Below are positions 12,830-26,443 of a DNA stretch of 64,000 bases, one piece after another. The DNA is from Scyliorhinus canicula (Eukaryota). The notes beneath the pieces are model-generated. The model did not search any database. It was not told where the DNA came from and saw only the letters and a list, made by a program, of their open reading frames with translations. The position numbers were made by a program, and so were the translations under genes. Each line of letters starts with the position of its first letter. Positions within the stretch are counted from its first letter, which is position 1. Location: positions 18,054,323 through 18,118,322 of the forward strand of contig NC_052168.1 of assembly GCF_902713615.1 (NCBI RefSeq), given 5' to 3'.

Positions 12830-13160
12830 AATGATCTAGTGGCTTTGTCAATTGACTAGTAATCCAGAAACCCAGGGTAATGCTCTGGGGACGCAAATTT
12901 GAATCTCACCACGGCAGATGGTGGAACTTGAATTCAATAAAAACTGGAATTAAAAGTCTAATAATGACCATGAAATCATTGTCGATTGTTGTAAAAACCC
13001 ATCTGGTTCGCTAATGCCCTTTAAGGAAGGAAATCTGTCATCCTTACCTGGTCTGGCCTACATGTGACTCCAGACCCACAGCAATGTGGTTGACTTTTAA
13101 ATGTCCCCAGGGACCCAGCCAGCGTCACCCACATCCCACGAACGAATAAAGGGGGAAAAA
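12830..13160 (+). mobile_element. LF-SINE-like ancient tRNA SINE
   Basis: Core CCCATCTGGTTCGCTAATGCCCTTTAAGGAAGGAAATCTG...GTGACTCCAGACCCACAGCAATGTGGTTGAC. Another copy at ~49100-49405. Family name is from recall. Confidence 0.55.
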
Positions 13161-13247
13161 AGGTTCAGTTATAGAGTTATGGGGTTAGTTATAGAGTAAG
13201 ATTCACTCTCCACTGTCCCCATCAAACATTCCCAGGCCTTTTAAAGG

Positions 13248-13462
13248 TAAAGTAAAATTGCCACAGTCCCAGGTGACCATAGTCTACTTTCCCCTTTGAG
13301 GGGGGAGGGCTGACTGGTGGTGATTTAACCTGGGGGTCACCACACCTCAGGTGAGGGGCAGGGTTGGGAAGGCAGAGCCTTCATACCGGTATGGGGATTG
13401 AATCCACGCTGCTGGTCTTGCTCTGCATCACAAATTAGCTGCCAACTGAGTTAAACCAGCCC
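13248..13462 (-). mobile_element. tRNA-derived SINE (third family)
   Basis: Shares TGGTGGTGATTTAACCTG...CACCTCAGG body and GGGC(T/C)GGTTTA head with 44623-44786. Confidence 0.65.
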
Positions 13463-14453
13463 ACAGGTGGAACACAGTGTCCGGGTGTGAGAGATCCTCT
13501 CCCCCTGGGGGCTGTATGTACCTGTGCGTCCCTGGCAGGTTGCCTTGACCAGGCCCCATTTGTCAAAAGCTGTTGTAAACCTTGCCAAGGCCATGTAATA
13601 ATGATATTACAGTGCTAATGGGTTCCTCACCTGTCATGGCAGGAACCCCATTATATCATTGGCGGGGCAATTGGAATAAGAAATCCCAACGGTGTGAAAA
13701 CCATTTGGGGGACACCCGCTGGATTATCCGGCCCACTTCCATTCCCACCCCCCGGAAACGGTGAAAAATCCACCCCCACTGAGTTTAAACAGATTGAGTC
13801 CGTTCCGCCTCCAGGTGGCACATTCCAGTCACCAGCTTGAAGTTATAAAGCTTTCCATTTCTGATATTCTACCCATGATGTCACATTGTCCAAAATATAC
13901 ATTTTTGGAGCACAGTTCAGCAGCAAATCATGAGTGGAAGCTTCAAGCCCAGCTGAACAATACATCACCAATTTAGCTGTCCAAATAGTCACCGAGAGGT
14001 TAGACTGCAGCTATTTAATTCAATAAGCAGAGGACAAAAGTACCGGGACTTTGCTTCCGATGAAACCCAATTGTTATCTGAACCCCGGGTGCTGGCAATG
14101 TTGACTCGGATCGTTAACGGGGGAAGTGCAAAGATCAGAGGGTTGGAACCCAGACACTTGAGTGAAGCAGTCACGGACAAATCCAGTCTGGCACCCGTCT
14201 GTTTCTGTATAAACACAACTCCTGGAATAGAGACACGTGATCAGCGATCACTGGGTCAGTGTGACCAGCTCTGTACTTTGTGCATTCCCCCCACCCGGTC
14301 GATGCAGTCACTTGTCCAAGCTTGTGCGCGGTGAGAAAGGCTGTGACTGAGAAATACAAACAAATAAATAGGCAAGGAAAGACCATTGATTTTCATTCGA
14401 TCTATTTTGTGTATCTCCCTCGCCAAGCATGAAAGGTCACAAAATGGAAACAT

Positions 14454-17400
14454 TTATCTCCACTGGCAAAAACTACGAACTTTGGATTTCTTGTCCACGA
14501 CCCATTTCATCACATTTTGTGCAACTTTTAAATGTTGTCTAGCCAATTCACCTGCTCTTTTTAATTGTTCCCTAAAATTTGACACATAATCCAATAATGT
14601 AATTTCCGATTTCTCACTCACCAATGTTTCCTCAATAAATTTAAGTGGTCCTCTTACCTCATGACCAAAAATTAATTCAAAAGGCCTGAATTTGGTTGAC
14701 TCATGAGGTGCATCCCTCATTGCAAACAGTGCGAATGGAATTCCTTTATCCCAATCCTCTGGGTAATCTTGACAATAAGCCCTCAACATTGTCTTTAATG
14801 TCTGATGCCACCTTTCTAACGCTCCCTGCGATTCTGGATGGTACGCAGTTGATTTAAATTGTTTTATTCCTAAACTATCCATAATTTCTTTGAATAACCT
14901 TGAGGTAAAATTTGATCCTTGATCCGATTGTATTTCTGGGGGTGGTCCATATCTAGTAAATAATTTAAGTAACTCCTCCACAGTCTTTTTAGCTGTAATA
15001 TTATGTACTGGAATGGCCTCTGGAAACCTAATAAACACATCCATTATAGTCAAAAGATATTGAATCCCACTTTACGTTTTAGGAAGCGGTCCTACGCAAT
15101 CAATTAGGACGCTTATAAAAGGTTCCTCAAATGCTGGAATGGGTATTAAGGGCACTGGTTTTATCACTGCTTGAGGTTTCCCTATCACTTGACATGTGTG
15201 ACATGATTGACAAAATTTAACTACATCTTTATGTAGTCCAGGCCAATAAAAATGTATTTGGATTTTAGCTTGAGTTTTCCTTATTCCTAATTGCCCTCCC
15301 ACTGGTACCTCAATTGCAACTCGCAACACCTCCTTTCTATACCCTACCGGCAATACTACTTGATGAACTTCTGCCCATTTTTCATCCGCCTGCATATGTA
15401 ATTTTCTCATCAAGATATTACTTTTATGGGAATAACACTCTGGTATACATGCAGATTCCTCTTCCGTGTATGCTTTCTGATACATTCATTTTATTTCTAC
15501 ATCTTTCTGTTGTAACTCTGCCAATTTTCCTGAACTAAAAATATTCGCCTCATCCTCCACCTGTTCTTGTTCTTTTTCAACCATCTGATCAAAAATCGTT
15601 TCCGATAATTGCACTTCAACTTCATCCTCACGCTTTGATTTGGGCAGCACGGTAGCCTTGTGGATAGCACAATTGCTTTACAGCTCCAGGGTCCCAGGTT
15701 CGATTCCGGCTTGGGTCACTGTCTGTGCGGAGTCTGCACATCCTCCCCGTGTGTGCGTGGGTTTCCTCCGGGTGCTCCGGTTTCCTCCCACAGTCCAAAG
15801 ATGTGCAGGTTAGGTGGATTGGCCATGATAAATTGCCCTTAGTATCCAAAAATTGCCCTTAGTGTTGGGTGGGGTTACTGGGTTATGGGGAGAGGGTGGA
15901 GGTGTTGACCTTGGGTAGGGTGCTCTTTCCAAGAGCCGGTGCAGACTCGATGGGCCGAATGGCCTCCTTCTGCACTGTAAATTCTATGATAATCTATGAT
16001 TTCTCCTCTTGCCTTAACGTGTGACTTTGCGACCGGGTTACTACACAATCAGGAAAAATCCCAGGATATTCTTCCTTCAACACTTCAGTTGTCTGATTTT
16101 CCACTGGCTTATCAACCACAGTAGGCATCACTCCCACCTGGGATCCAGCTATATCATTACCCAAGATAAACTGTATTCCTGGACAAGATAGTTTCTCTAT
16201 TACTCCTACTACCACTTCATCACTCTTCACTGGAATTTACACACAAGTAAATTCTTTGAAGAGATCTGGCACCTTCTTATCAATCACCTCTTGATCAGGC
16301 TGTACAATCTTTTGCACCTCCTTCGCTTCCCTTGGGCTTTCCTTTACCACTCTAACAAATCCCACTGTCTTATCCTGTTTTACCACATCAGCCTTCCCAG
16401 TGCTTTTCTTCAACCACCAACATTGTGACTTTACATAGCCTAGTTTATTACAGTGAAAACTTTTGAAACTTTTCATTTATTTTCCACCCTCCTGGGTTTC
16501 TTTATTTAATCTGAGGTACAATCTCCTTATTATCTCCCATCAGATCACCTTTACCTTTACCACTTGAGTATTTCTCATGTCCCCAGTTTCTATCCCTCAC
16601 AGGCTGAAACAGATGTCGGAAACCAAACTTTGATTTATGAACTAATTCATAATCATCTGCCATTTCTGCTGCTAATCTCGCAGTTTTAACTCTCTGCTCT
16701 TCCACATGAGTTCTCACTACATCAGGAATTGAACTTTTAAACTCCAAAAGTATAATTTTTCTGAGAGCTTCATATGTTTGGTCTATTTTCAAAGTCCTTA
16801 TCCACCAATCAAAATGACTCTGTTTGATCCTTTCAAACTCCATGTATGTTTGACCAGGTTCTTTCCTTAAATTTCTAAACCTTTGTCTGTAGGCTTCAGG
16901 CACTAGTTCATATGCACCTAAGATGTATTTTTTCACCTCCTCATAATTTTCAGATACCTTCTCTGATAGTGATGCAAACAGATCACTTGCCCTACATAGA
17001 ACATAGAACACTACCAGCTTTGTTTGAATTAGTAATACCCACATGTCCTGTGGCCATTTCATTTGTTTAGCTACCTTCACAAATGAAATGAAAAAGACTT
17101 CTACCTCCTTTTCATCAAACCTTGGCAATGCTTGGACATATTTAAATAGATACCCACCAAGCCTTCGACTATGACGCTGTTTCTCACTATCCAGCTCACT
17201 GGTTCCAGGTTGCCAACCTGAAAAATAACCCATTATTTCCCCCTCGCTCATTAGCCAAATCTCCATCCATGCCAATATACTACCTCTAACTCCGTGGGCT
17301 CTTATCCTATGACTGAACCTTCTGTGAGGTACCTGCTGAATTCCTTCTGGGAAGTCCAAATACAACACATCTACTGGTTCCACTCTAGTTCAGACTTCCT

Positions 17401-17808
17401 CGAAAATAAATTAATAAATTAGTCAGACACGATTTCATGAAGCCATGTTGACTCTGCTCGATTAGATTATGATTTTCCAAACGTGCTGCTGTTACTTCCT
17501 TAATAATCCAGTCCAACATTTTTCCAACAATAGCTGTTCGGCTTTTTGCCCACTTTTAGGGTTAAAGGGGTTTTAATTAGAATACCACTCCTGAAAAGCA
17601 ACCACAATATGCTCACCCCTCACTGTCTTTAAGTTCACTAAGACAATCCAATAGATAGACTTTTATCCCCTCAAGCCCCCAATTTGTTATGGGCCAGGGT
17701 TTAGAGAACCCCAAAGTGTATCATGGAGTTCACCTGACCCACAACTTTTAATAGATTGTGGTATGGGGAGCACACGGCCCACTCCACAGGTGTGGTAGAG
17801 CAGAAATG
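14454..17808 (-). mobile_element. Ty3/gypsy Gmr1-like LTR retrotransposon relic (LTR end, PBS, gag, CCHC, PR, IN; no RT)
   Basis: LTR end ...CCCATAACA at 17685, then PBS TGGGGGCTTGAGGGGAT (tRNA-Pro-like). gag ...YELVPEAYRQRFR..., knuckle CNKLGYVKSQC, protease remnant ILGNDIAG, integrase FYWPGL..CQSCHTCQ, IQSDQGSNF, YHPESQGALER. A SINE (15642) and a CR1 piece (~17195-17540) are inserted. Confidence 0.88.
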
Positions 17809-18344
17809 CCTCCTCTTTGGGCAGCAGGGTAGCATGGTGGTTAGCATCAATGCTTCACAGCTCCAGGGTCCCAGGTTCGATTCCCGGCTGGGTCACTGTC
17901 TGTGTGGAGTCTGCACATCCTCCCTGTGTGTGCGTGGGTTTCCTCCGGGTGCTCCGGTTTCCTCCCACAGTCCAAAGATGTGCGGGTTAGGTGGATTGGC
18001 CATGCTAAATTGCCCGTAGTGTAAGGTTAATGGGGGGATTGTTGGGTTACGGGTATACGGGTTACGTGGGTTTAAAGTAGGGTGATCATTGTTCGGCACA
18101 ACATCGAGGGCCGAAGGGCCTGTTCTGTGCTGTACTGTTCTATGTTCTATGTTCTATGTTCTTTTTAATAGTGGTGTCACATTGGCAGTTTTCCAATCCT
18201 CTGGTACTTCTCCAGAATCCAAGGTATTTTGAAAAATTAGAAGCAATGCATCCACTATCTCTGTAGCTAGTTCTTTTAGGATCCTAGGATGCAAACCATC
18301 AGGGCTAGGGGAATTGTCTGACATTGCCCTGTACATTTGTCCTC

Positions 18345-21300
18345 ACCTTGTCTGGCCTATCTCAGGATTACTACCGGTGCCACGTACTAGTCAGATTAGA
18401 AATGACAGGATACATAGGATGAATACGTGGCTGAAGGGATGGTGTCAGAGGGACGGTTTCAGATTCCTGGGGCATTGGGATCGGTTCTGGAAGAGGTGCG
18501 ACCTGTACAAGCTTGATGGGTTACACCTGGGTAGGACTGGAACTGATGTCCTAGACCGGTTGGGGAGTGTTTAAACTAATGTGGCAGAGGGCTGGGAACC
18601 GATGCATGAAGTCGGAAGGTAGTAAAACAGGGACAGAAACAAAAGGCAGTAAGGTGGAAAGTGTAAGGCAGAGAAGCCATAGTCAAAAATCAAAAAGGGC
18701 GACAGTACAAGGTACAGTGACTGAGGGGAGCTCAGTGAATTGGCCCAGTAATATTAAAAGGAATAAAACGGGAAGTAAAAACATAAATGGAAATTCATAA
18801 TATCAGGTTGTTACATGAAGATATTGGTTCAACGACAAGGAAAGCTGGGAGAAAAGTTAAGAGGAAAAATAACTTAGGAGAGGTTACTGATCAAGGTGTT
18901 AAGATTCAAAACAGAGGTATAAAAGCCAACATTACTGTACTTTACCTGAATGCTCGTAGTATTCGGAATAAGGTAAATGAGTTGATGGCGCAAATCATCG
19001 TGAATGACTATGATTTAGTGGCCATTACTGAAACATGGTTAAAGGATGGTCACAACTGGGAGTTAAATATCCAAGGGTATCAAACTATTCGGAAGGACAG
19101 GTGATGTAGCTCTGTTATTTAAGGATGACATCTGGGCAATAGTAAGAGATGGCATTGGTGCTATGGAGGATAAGGTTGAATCTATTTGGGTGGAAATCAG
19201 GAATAGTAAGGCAAAAAGTCACTGATAGGAGTAGCCTATAGGTCACCAAATAGTAACATTACGGTGGGGCAGGCAATAAATAAAGAAATAACAGATGCAT
19301 GTAGAAATGGTACGGCAGTTATCATGGGGGATTTTAATCTACATGTCGATTGGTTTAACCAGGTCAGTCAAGGCAGCCTTGAGGAGGAGATTATAGAATA
19401 TATTCACGATAGTTTCCTAGAACAGTATGTAATGGAACCTACGAGGGAACAAGTGGTCCTAGATCTGGTCCTGTGTAATGAGATAGGATTGATTAATGAT
19501 CTCATAGTTAGGAATCCTCTCGGAAGGAGCAATCACAATATGGTGGAATTTAAAATACAGATGGAGGGTGAGAAGGTAAAATCAAACACTAGTGTTTTGT
19601 GCTTAAACAAAGAGGATTACAATGGGATGAGAGAAGAGCCAGCTAAAGTAGACTGGGAACAAAGACTTTATGGTGAAACAGTTGAGGAACAGTGGAGAAC
19701 CTTCCAAGCGATTTTTCACAGTGCTCAGCAAAGGTTTATACCAACAAAAAGGAAGGACGGTAGAAAGAGGGAAAATCAACCGTGGATATCTAAGAAAATA
19801 AGGGAGAGTATCAAATTGAAGGAAAAAGCACACATAGTGGCAAAGATTAGTGGGAGACTAGAGGACTGGGAAATTTTTAGGGGACAACAGAAAGCTACTA
19901 AAAAAGCTATAAAAAAGAGTAAGATAGATTATGAGAGTAAACTTGCTCAGAATATAAAAACAGATAGTAAAGGTTTCTACAAATATATAAAATAAAAAAG
20001 AGTGGCTAAGGTAAATATTGGTCCTTTAGAGGATGAGAAGGGAGATTTAATAATGGGAGATGAGGAAATGGCTGAGGAACTGAACAGGTTTTTTGGGTCG
20101 GTCTTCACAGTGGAAGATACAAATAACATGCCAGTGACTGATAGAAATAAGGCTATGACAGGTGAGGACCTTGAGATGATTGTTATCACTAAGGAGGTAG
20201 TGATGGGCAAGCTAATGTGGCTCAAGGTAGACAAGTCTCTTGGCCCTGATGGAATGCATCCCAGAGCGCTAAAAGAGATGGCTAGGGAAATTGCAAATGC
20301 ACGAGTGATAATTCACCAAAATTCACTAGACTCTGAGGTGGTCCCAGCGGATTGGAAATTAGCAAACGTGACACCACTGTTTAAAAAAGGAGGTAGGCAG
20401 AAAGCGGAAATTATAGGCCATTTAACTTAACTTCGGTTGTAGGGAAGATGCTGGAATCTATCATCAAGGAAGAAATAGCAAGGCATCTGGATGGAAATTG
20501 TCCCATTGGGCAGATGTAGCATGGGTTCATAAAGAGCAGGTCGTGCCTAACTAATTTAGTGGAATTTTTTGAGGACATTACCAGTGCGGTAGATAAAAGG
20601 GGGCCAATGGATGTGGTATATCTGGATTTCCAGAAAGCCTTTGACAAGGTGCCACACAAAAGATTGCTGCATAAGATAAAGATGCATGGCATTAAGGGTA
20701 AAGTAGTAGCATGGTTAGAGAATTGGTTAGTTAATAGAAAGCAAAGAGTGGGGATTAATGGGTGTTTGGTTGGCAATCAGTAGTTAGTGATGTCCCTCAG
20801 GGATCAGTGTTGGGCCCACAATTGTTCACAATTTACATAGATGATGTGGAGTTGGGGACCAAGGGCAATGTGTCCAAGTTTGCAGACGACACTAAGATGA
20901 GTGGTAAAGCACAAAGTGCAGAGGATACAGCAAGTCTGCAGAGGGGTTTGGATAGGTTAAGTGAATGGGCTAGGATCTGGCAGATGGAATACAATGTTGA
21001 CAAATGTGAGGTTATCCATTTTGGTAGGAATAACAGCAAAAGGGATTATTATTTAAATGATAAAATATTAAAACATGCTGCTGTGCAGAGACCTAGGTGT
21101 GCTAGTGCATGAGTCTCAAAAAGTTGGTTTACAGGTGCAACAGGTGATTAAGAAGGCAAATGGAATTTTGTCCTTCATTGCTAGAGGGATGGAGTTTAAG
21201 ACTAGGGAGGTTATGCTGCAATTGTACAAGGTGTTAGTGAGGCCACACCTGGAGTATTGTGTTCAGTTTTGGTCTCCTTACCTGAGAAAGGATGTACTGA

Positions 21301-21805
21301 TGCTGGAGGGTGTGCAGAGGAGATTCACTAGGTTAATTCCAGAGCTGGAGGGGTTGGATTACGAGGAGAGGTTGAGTAGACTGGGACTGTACTCATTGAA
21401 ATTTAGAAGGATGAGGGGGGATCTTATAGAAACATATAAAATTATGAAGGGGATAGGATTGATGCAGGATGGTTGTTTCCACTGGCGGGTGACAGCAGAA
21501 CTAGGGGGCATAGCCTCAAAATAAGGGGAAGTAGATTTAGGACTGAGTTTAGGAGGAACTTCTTCACCCAAAGGGTTGTGAATCTATGGAATTCCTTGCC
21601 CAGTGAAGCAGTTGAGGCTCCTTCATTAAATGTTTTAAGATATCAATAAATAGTTTTTTGAAGAATAAAGGGATTAAAGGTTATGGTGTTCGGGCCGGAA
21701 AGTGGAGCTGAGTCCACAAAAGATCAGCCATGATCTCATTGAATGGCGGAGCAGGCTCGAGGGGCCAGATGGCCGACTCCTGCTCCTAGTTCTTATATTC
21801 TCTAT
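18345..21805 (+). mobile_element. CR1 LINE, ORF1 end plus full but disrupted ORF2
   Basis: ORF1 esterase-like end (DGLHLGRTGT), APE domain (YLNARSIRNK, ITETWL, MGDFNL), RT ([25 protein letters not shown]). Multiple stops and frameshifts. Confidence 0.95.
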
Positions 21806-23179
21806 GTGACTCCAGATCCACAGCAATGAGGTTGACTCTTCAGTGTGTTCAGTAACAGGATTGCTGGCCCAGCTAGTGACACCCACATCCCTGAATGAAC
21901 TTTTAAATAAAGACCTCCGTAACACTGCCACGCTCAGTACCTGTCAATACCATCATTCATAACTTTGTTACTTCTAGATGCGCCTCCAACCCTCCCTAAA
22001 TGCAAGATGATTAAAACTCTGCTGCCTATGTCCTAACTTGCACCCACTCCTGTTCAACCGTCACCCCTTTCTTCCGATTAAGCAACATTGTGATTTTAAC
22101 ATTCTTACCTTCAAATTCTTTTCAAATCCCTCCGTGGCCTCTATCCTCCCTCCGTTCTCCACAAACGTTTCAGGTCTCCATGCTCCTCCTAATTCTGTTG
22201 TCTTTCATATCCCTGATTTTATTCGCTTCTTCTCTGGTGGCCCTGCTCCCAAGCCCTGGAATTCCCTCGCTAAACCTCTCTGTCTCACTCTGCTGTGTTT
22301 CCTGCCATGTAGGTGGCCACCCTTCAAAAGTTCCTCCTTGGTTACAAAACGCTTTGGGATGCCCTGTGGTCGCTCTCTGAACACAAGTCTTGCTTTTCGG
22401 TTACCTGGTCATTAACCCTAACCAGATTCGGCGACGCCACCTTCTTGGCTGACTGACCTCCTCAAGGAGGGAGTCCTGTACAGAGTTTCAGAATTCCATT
22501 CCCTTTTCTCCGGACAATTGAATTCTTTGCAGAACAACCATTTGCCTATTTAATCTCGCTAACCAGGCTATAGATTTCCTTTTCCATTTCCTGCCCACAA
22601 TCTGGAGTTCTGCGACACACCCCGACTAATGACACAAACCCCCTTTTATCTTGGAGCTCCAAACATATTGACGCAGTTTGTTCCCTTCTTTGTCTGCAGC
22701 GCCATCTCTACAACATGGGTGCCCTCTTCAACCAACATTACTCTCGATCTCCTTTTTCTCTACCTCCTAAATATAGTGTGATATATTTAGCTACCATTCT
22801 GTTCCAGTTTGTAGTTGGTTTCTGGTAATGCGTTAAATTAGACCTTCCTGTAAAATAAATAGGGTGGCATGGTGCCACAGTGGTGGCAGTGAGGCAGCAC
22901 TGCTGCCTCACAACTCAGGGACCTGGGTTCAATTCCGGCCTCGTCTGTGTGGAGTTTGCACGTTCTCCCCGTGTCTGCGTGGGTTTCCTCCGGGTGCTCC
23001 GGTTTCCTCCCAGAGTCCAAAGATGTGCAGGTTAGATGGATTGGCCATGCAAAGTTGCCCCTTAATGTCCAAAAAAGGTTAGGTGGGGTTACTGGGACAG
23101 GGTGGAGGCGTGGGCTTAAGTAGGGCTGGTGCAGACTCGATGGGCTGAATGGCCTCCTTCTGCACTGTAAATTCTACAA

Positions 23180-23740
23180 AGTTTTACAACACGAAAAGAG
23201 GTCCTTCGGCCCATCATCTCTGGGTTGGCCATCAAGCCCCTCTCTATTCTAATCCGATTTTCCATCACGTGGTCCTTGTACGCTGTGGCCTTTCAAGCGC
23301 TCATCTAAATGCTTCTTAAATGTTCTGAGGGTTCCCGGCTCCACCACCCATTCTGGCGGTGAGTTCCAGACTTCCACCACTCTCTGGGAAGTTTTCCCCC
23401 AAATCCCCTCGAAATCTCCTGCCTCATCCCTTAAATCTATGCCCCCTGCTTACTGACCCCTCTACTCAGGGAAAATGTTTTTTCCTATCCACCCAATCTA
23501 TATCCCTCAAAACTTTGTACACCTCTATCAGGTCCCTCCCTCAGCCTTCTCTGCTCTAAGGAAAACATTCCCAGCCTACCCAGCCTCTCTTCATACTGAA
23601 AGGCTCCAGCCCAGGCACCATCCTGGTGAATTTCCTCTGCACCCTCTCCAGTGCAATCACACCCTTCCTATATTGGGCGACCAGAACTGCACACAGTACT
23701 CCAGCTGTGGTCTAATGAGCGTTTTATGCAGCTTTATAAT
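23180..23740 (-). mobile_element. CR1 LINE 3' fragment
   Basis: Similar to 10690-11470. Confidence 0.8.
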
Positions 23741-23775
23741 GCCTCCAGTCACCAGCCTATTTCAAGAGACACATT

Positions 23776-24418
23776 GAGCTGGATTCTCCCCAAAATGAGG
23801 AAAAGTGGTGACTCCGGCGTAAAAACAGTGGAGTTTTACTCCCGAAATTCCTTGAAAAAAGTTTAACTAATTCAATGCCCTGCAGGGGGCTAGCAGCGAC
23901 CCGGAGTAAATCACGCAGCTGCGGATCCGGGCCCCCGCACTTTTGGGTCAGAGGCAGCGCATGTGCACGGCGGCGGCCTCCAGTGACTGCGTCGAGCTCC
24001 ATGGCGGACTCAGACCGCGGAGCCACACCGAGAAAGGAGACCCCCCTCCCCCCGATCGGCCGCGGGCCTGAGCATCTAACCCCGCACAAGCACTCCCTGG
24101 CTGCCTATAAGGCCCCCCCACCCCCGCCCCCGGCCTCCGATCTCCCCGCCCCCGACCAGGGCGGCTGTGGACTGAGTCCGCAGCCATTACGCCAGCACCC
24201 CAACCGGCAATAGGTGGTTTTCTCCAAGCTGTGGGGAACTCGGCCCGTCGGGAGCGGAGGTTTGCTGGGCGCTCCTCTGGCAGTTGGCCCCCGGCAGCGC
24301 CGATTTTCGGGGCCCGGAAAATCGGCGGACTGGTGCCGGGCCTGATTACGGTGTGAAAGTGGATTCTCCGCCCCCGCACCGTCCACGATTTCAGTATGGG
24401 GCTGCGGAGAATCAAGCC
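23776..24418. mobile_element. GC-rich MITE (PIF/Harbinger-like termini)
   Basis: Termini GAGCTGGATTCTCC ... GGAGAATCAAGCC form an inverted repeat, with ATT on both sides (3-bp TSD). No transposase. Confidence 0.7.
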
Positions 24419-24802
24419 ATTGTATTATATACATTGTTATGACACCCTGGACGGAGTCTCAACACGGTTGCAATTAAAATTTATTTTAAAATACCCAAAG
24501 TCTTCGGCTGCCCAACAAATCACCAGGTTTGCAAATTTAAAAACAATTAACTTTTTACTATCAACAGTAACTATACTTAAATAGGCAACAAATACAACTG
24601 GTTTCAGATGTACGTCTTCCAGTTAGTATTCCAGAATACTGTCCCTGGCCAATCCATTGGCCACCAGCCAACCAATCAAAACAAACCCCTCCAGTCTCTT
24701 GGGTATCATAAAATCTGCGTTGTTCTGCCCAAAATGCAGAACTTTATAACACAGTGCACCATTTGGACACTTGAGTTCCTTACTTCCTCTGTTCGACTTA
24801 AA

Positions 24803-25113
24803 GATATGACTCCATTAACGATCCATGGATCTGATAACCATCAATTGAACGTGAGACGAGTTGCTGAACAAAAGTATGGCTTTAATATACTAGATGTTAA
24901 GCCCTGCGGTCGATTACAGTAGGACGACCGCCGGGAGTACTGGGTAGTTATACCCCGCCCTGGAGGCGGGGTTAACTCAGCCTCTCGACCAATCGGGGAG
25001 CCGTCACATGACTGGTCTCAACCAACCGGTCGAGAGGCACATGACCGACCAGGGCCAATGGTAAGCCAGTGTTCTGCACCAATGGCAGGCAGCTATGCTA
25101 ATCATACCACCAC
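24803..25113 (-). mobile_element. Probable solo LTR
   Basis: Begins TGTGGTGGTATG on the - strand. Has CCAAT boxes, a TATA-like element and ATTAAA. The left boundary is approximate. Confidence 0.5.
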
Positions 25114-26250
25114 AGGATCAAAAATGATAAAGATAAAATAAAAGAAATAGGAACTAAGGGAATCACCAGGAAGGGCCCCTTACAACATTCTTCTCCAAAC
25201 ACCATTCCTTATCCCATTTTTTTGTCTAAACTATCTTTATGTTTACTTCAGTCTTTCCCCCATCTATAATTACTCCACACCTCTCTGCGTACCTATTTAA
25301 TCAATTTGCCACTACATTAACACCCTTCATGTTAAGGTTAAGTCCATCCTTGTGGAAAAGCCCCTACCTGTCCCAGAACTCAAAGTGGATCTCTCTTCCT
25401 GACACTATTGTTCCCTCCAATCCTTTTGCCCTTCCCTATTCTAGTACATGGCTGAAACGGAATAATGGGAATTCTGCCCATGAAATTCACTTCCTACTCC
25501 GCTGTGCTGACAGCACAGAAAAGCTCCAATGCTTGAGTTTAATAATAACAGGAACAATTTGGTTGAACTGGACGGAAAGCAACTTGGAAGCTGGTATAAC
25601 AGTTGTCACTAACACCCCTAAATCCCATTAAACACTGCACTAATCTGCTTTTGTCACTAACTCTCCGACTAATCCCGTAAAGCTCTGTGTTAATAACGTC
25701 ATGAATAGCACCACTCAATCCAATCTCAGTATGCTCCTTTTGAATATTCATTCATGGGATGTGGGTGTTGCTGGTAAGGTTGGCATTCATGCCCATCTTT
25801 AATTGTCCTTGACTATGAGAACACGAATAGACCATTTGGCCCCTCGATCCTGCTCCACCATTCAATCGGGTCTGTTCTGATCATGACTTCAACTCCACTT
25901 CCCTGCCTGTCCTCCCCTCACCTACCCACTCCCTCCCAGCCTTTGACTTCCTTGTTGATGAAAACTAACTCAACCTTGAATACATTCAATGACCCAGCCT
26001 CGACTGCTCACTGGACGAGAGTCTTCCAAATATTAAAAACCCTCTGGAGAAATTTCTCTTTATCTCCATCTAAAACAGGAGACCCCTTCTTTGAAAACAG
26101 TGCCCCCAAGTCCTAGATTCCTCCAGGAGGGGGAATATATCCTCTCAGCATCTATCCTGAAGCCCCCTCAGAATCTTTCAACAGGATCACCTCTCATTCT
26201 TCTAAACTTCAATGAGTGTAGGCCCAACCTGCTCAACCTTTCCTCATAAG

Positions 26251-26443
26251 GTGCACATGCGCGGCCTCTGACCCAAAAGTGCGGGGGCCCGGATCCGCAG
26301 CTGCGTGATTTACTCCGGGTCGCTGCTAGCCCCCTGCAGGGCATTGAATTAGTTCAACTTTTTTCAAGGAATTTCGGGAGTACAACTCCACTGTTTTTAC
26401 GCCGGCGTCAACACTTTTCCTCATTTTGGGGAGAATCCAGCTC
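26251..26443 (-). mobile_element. Inverted partial copy of the MITE at 23776-23968
   Basis: Near-perfect 193-bp reverse complement. Confidence 0.9.

Noticed and set aside
23757-24434. GC-rich overlapping ORFs / CpG-island-like promoter
   Set aside because: Explained by the MITE (terminal inverted repeats, TSD, second partial copy).
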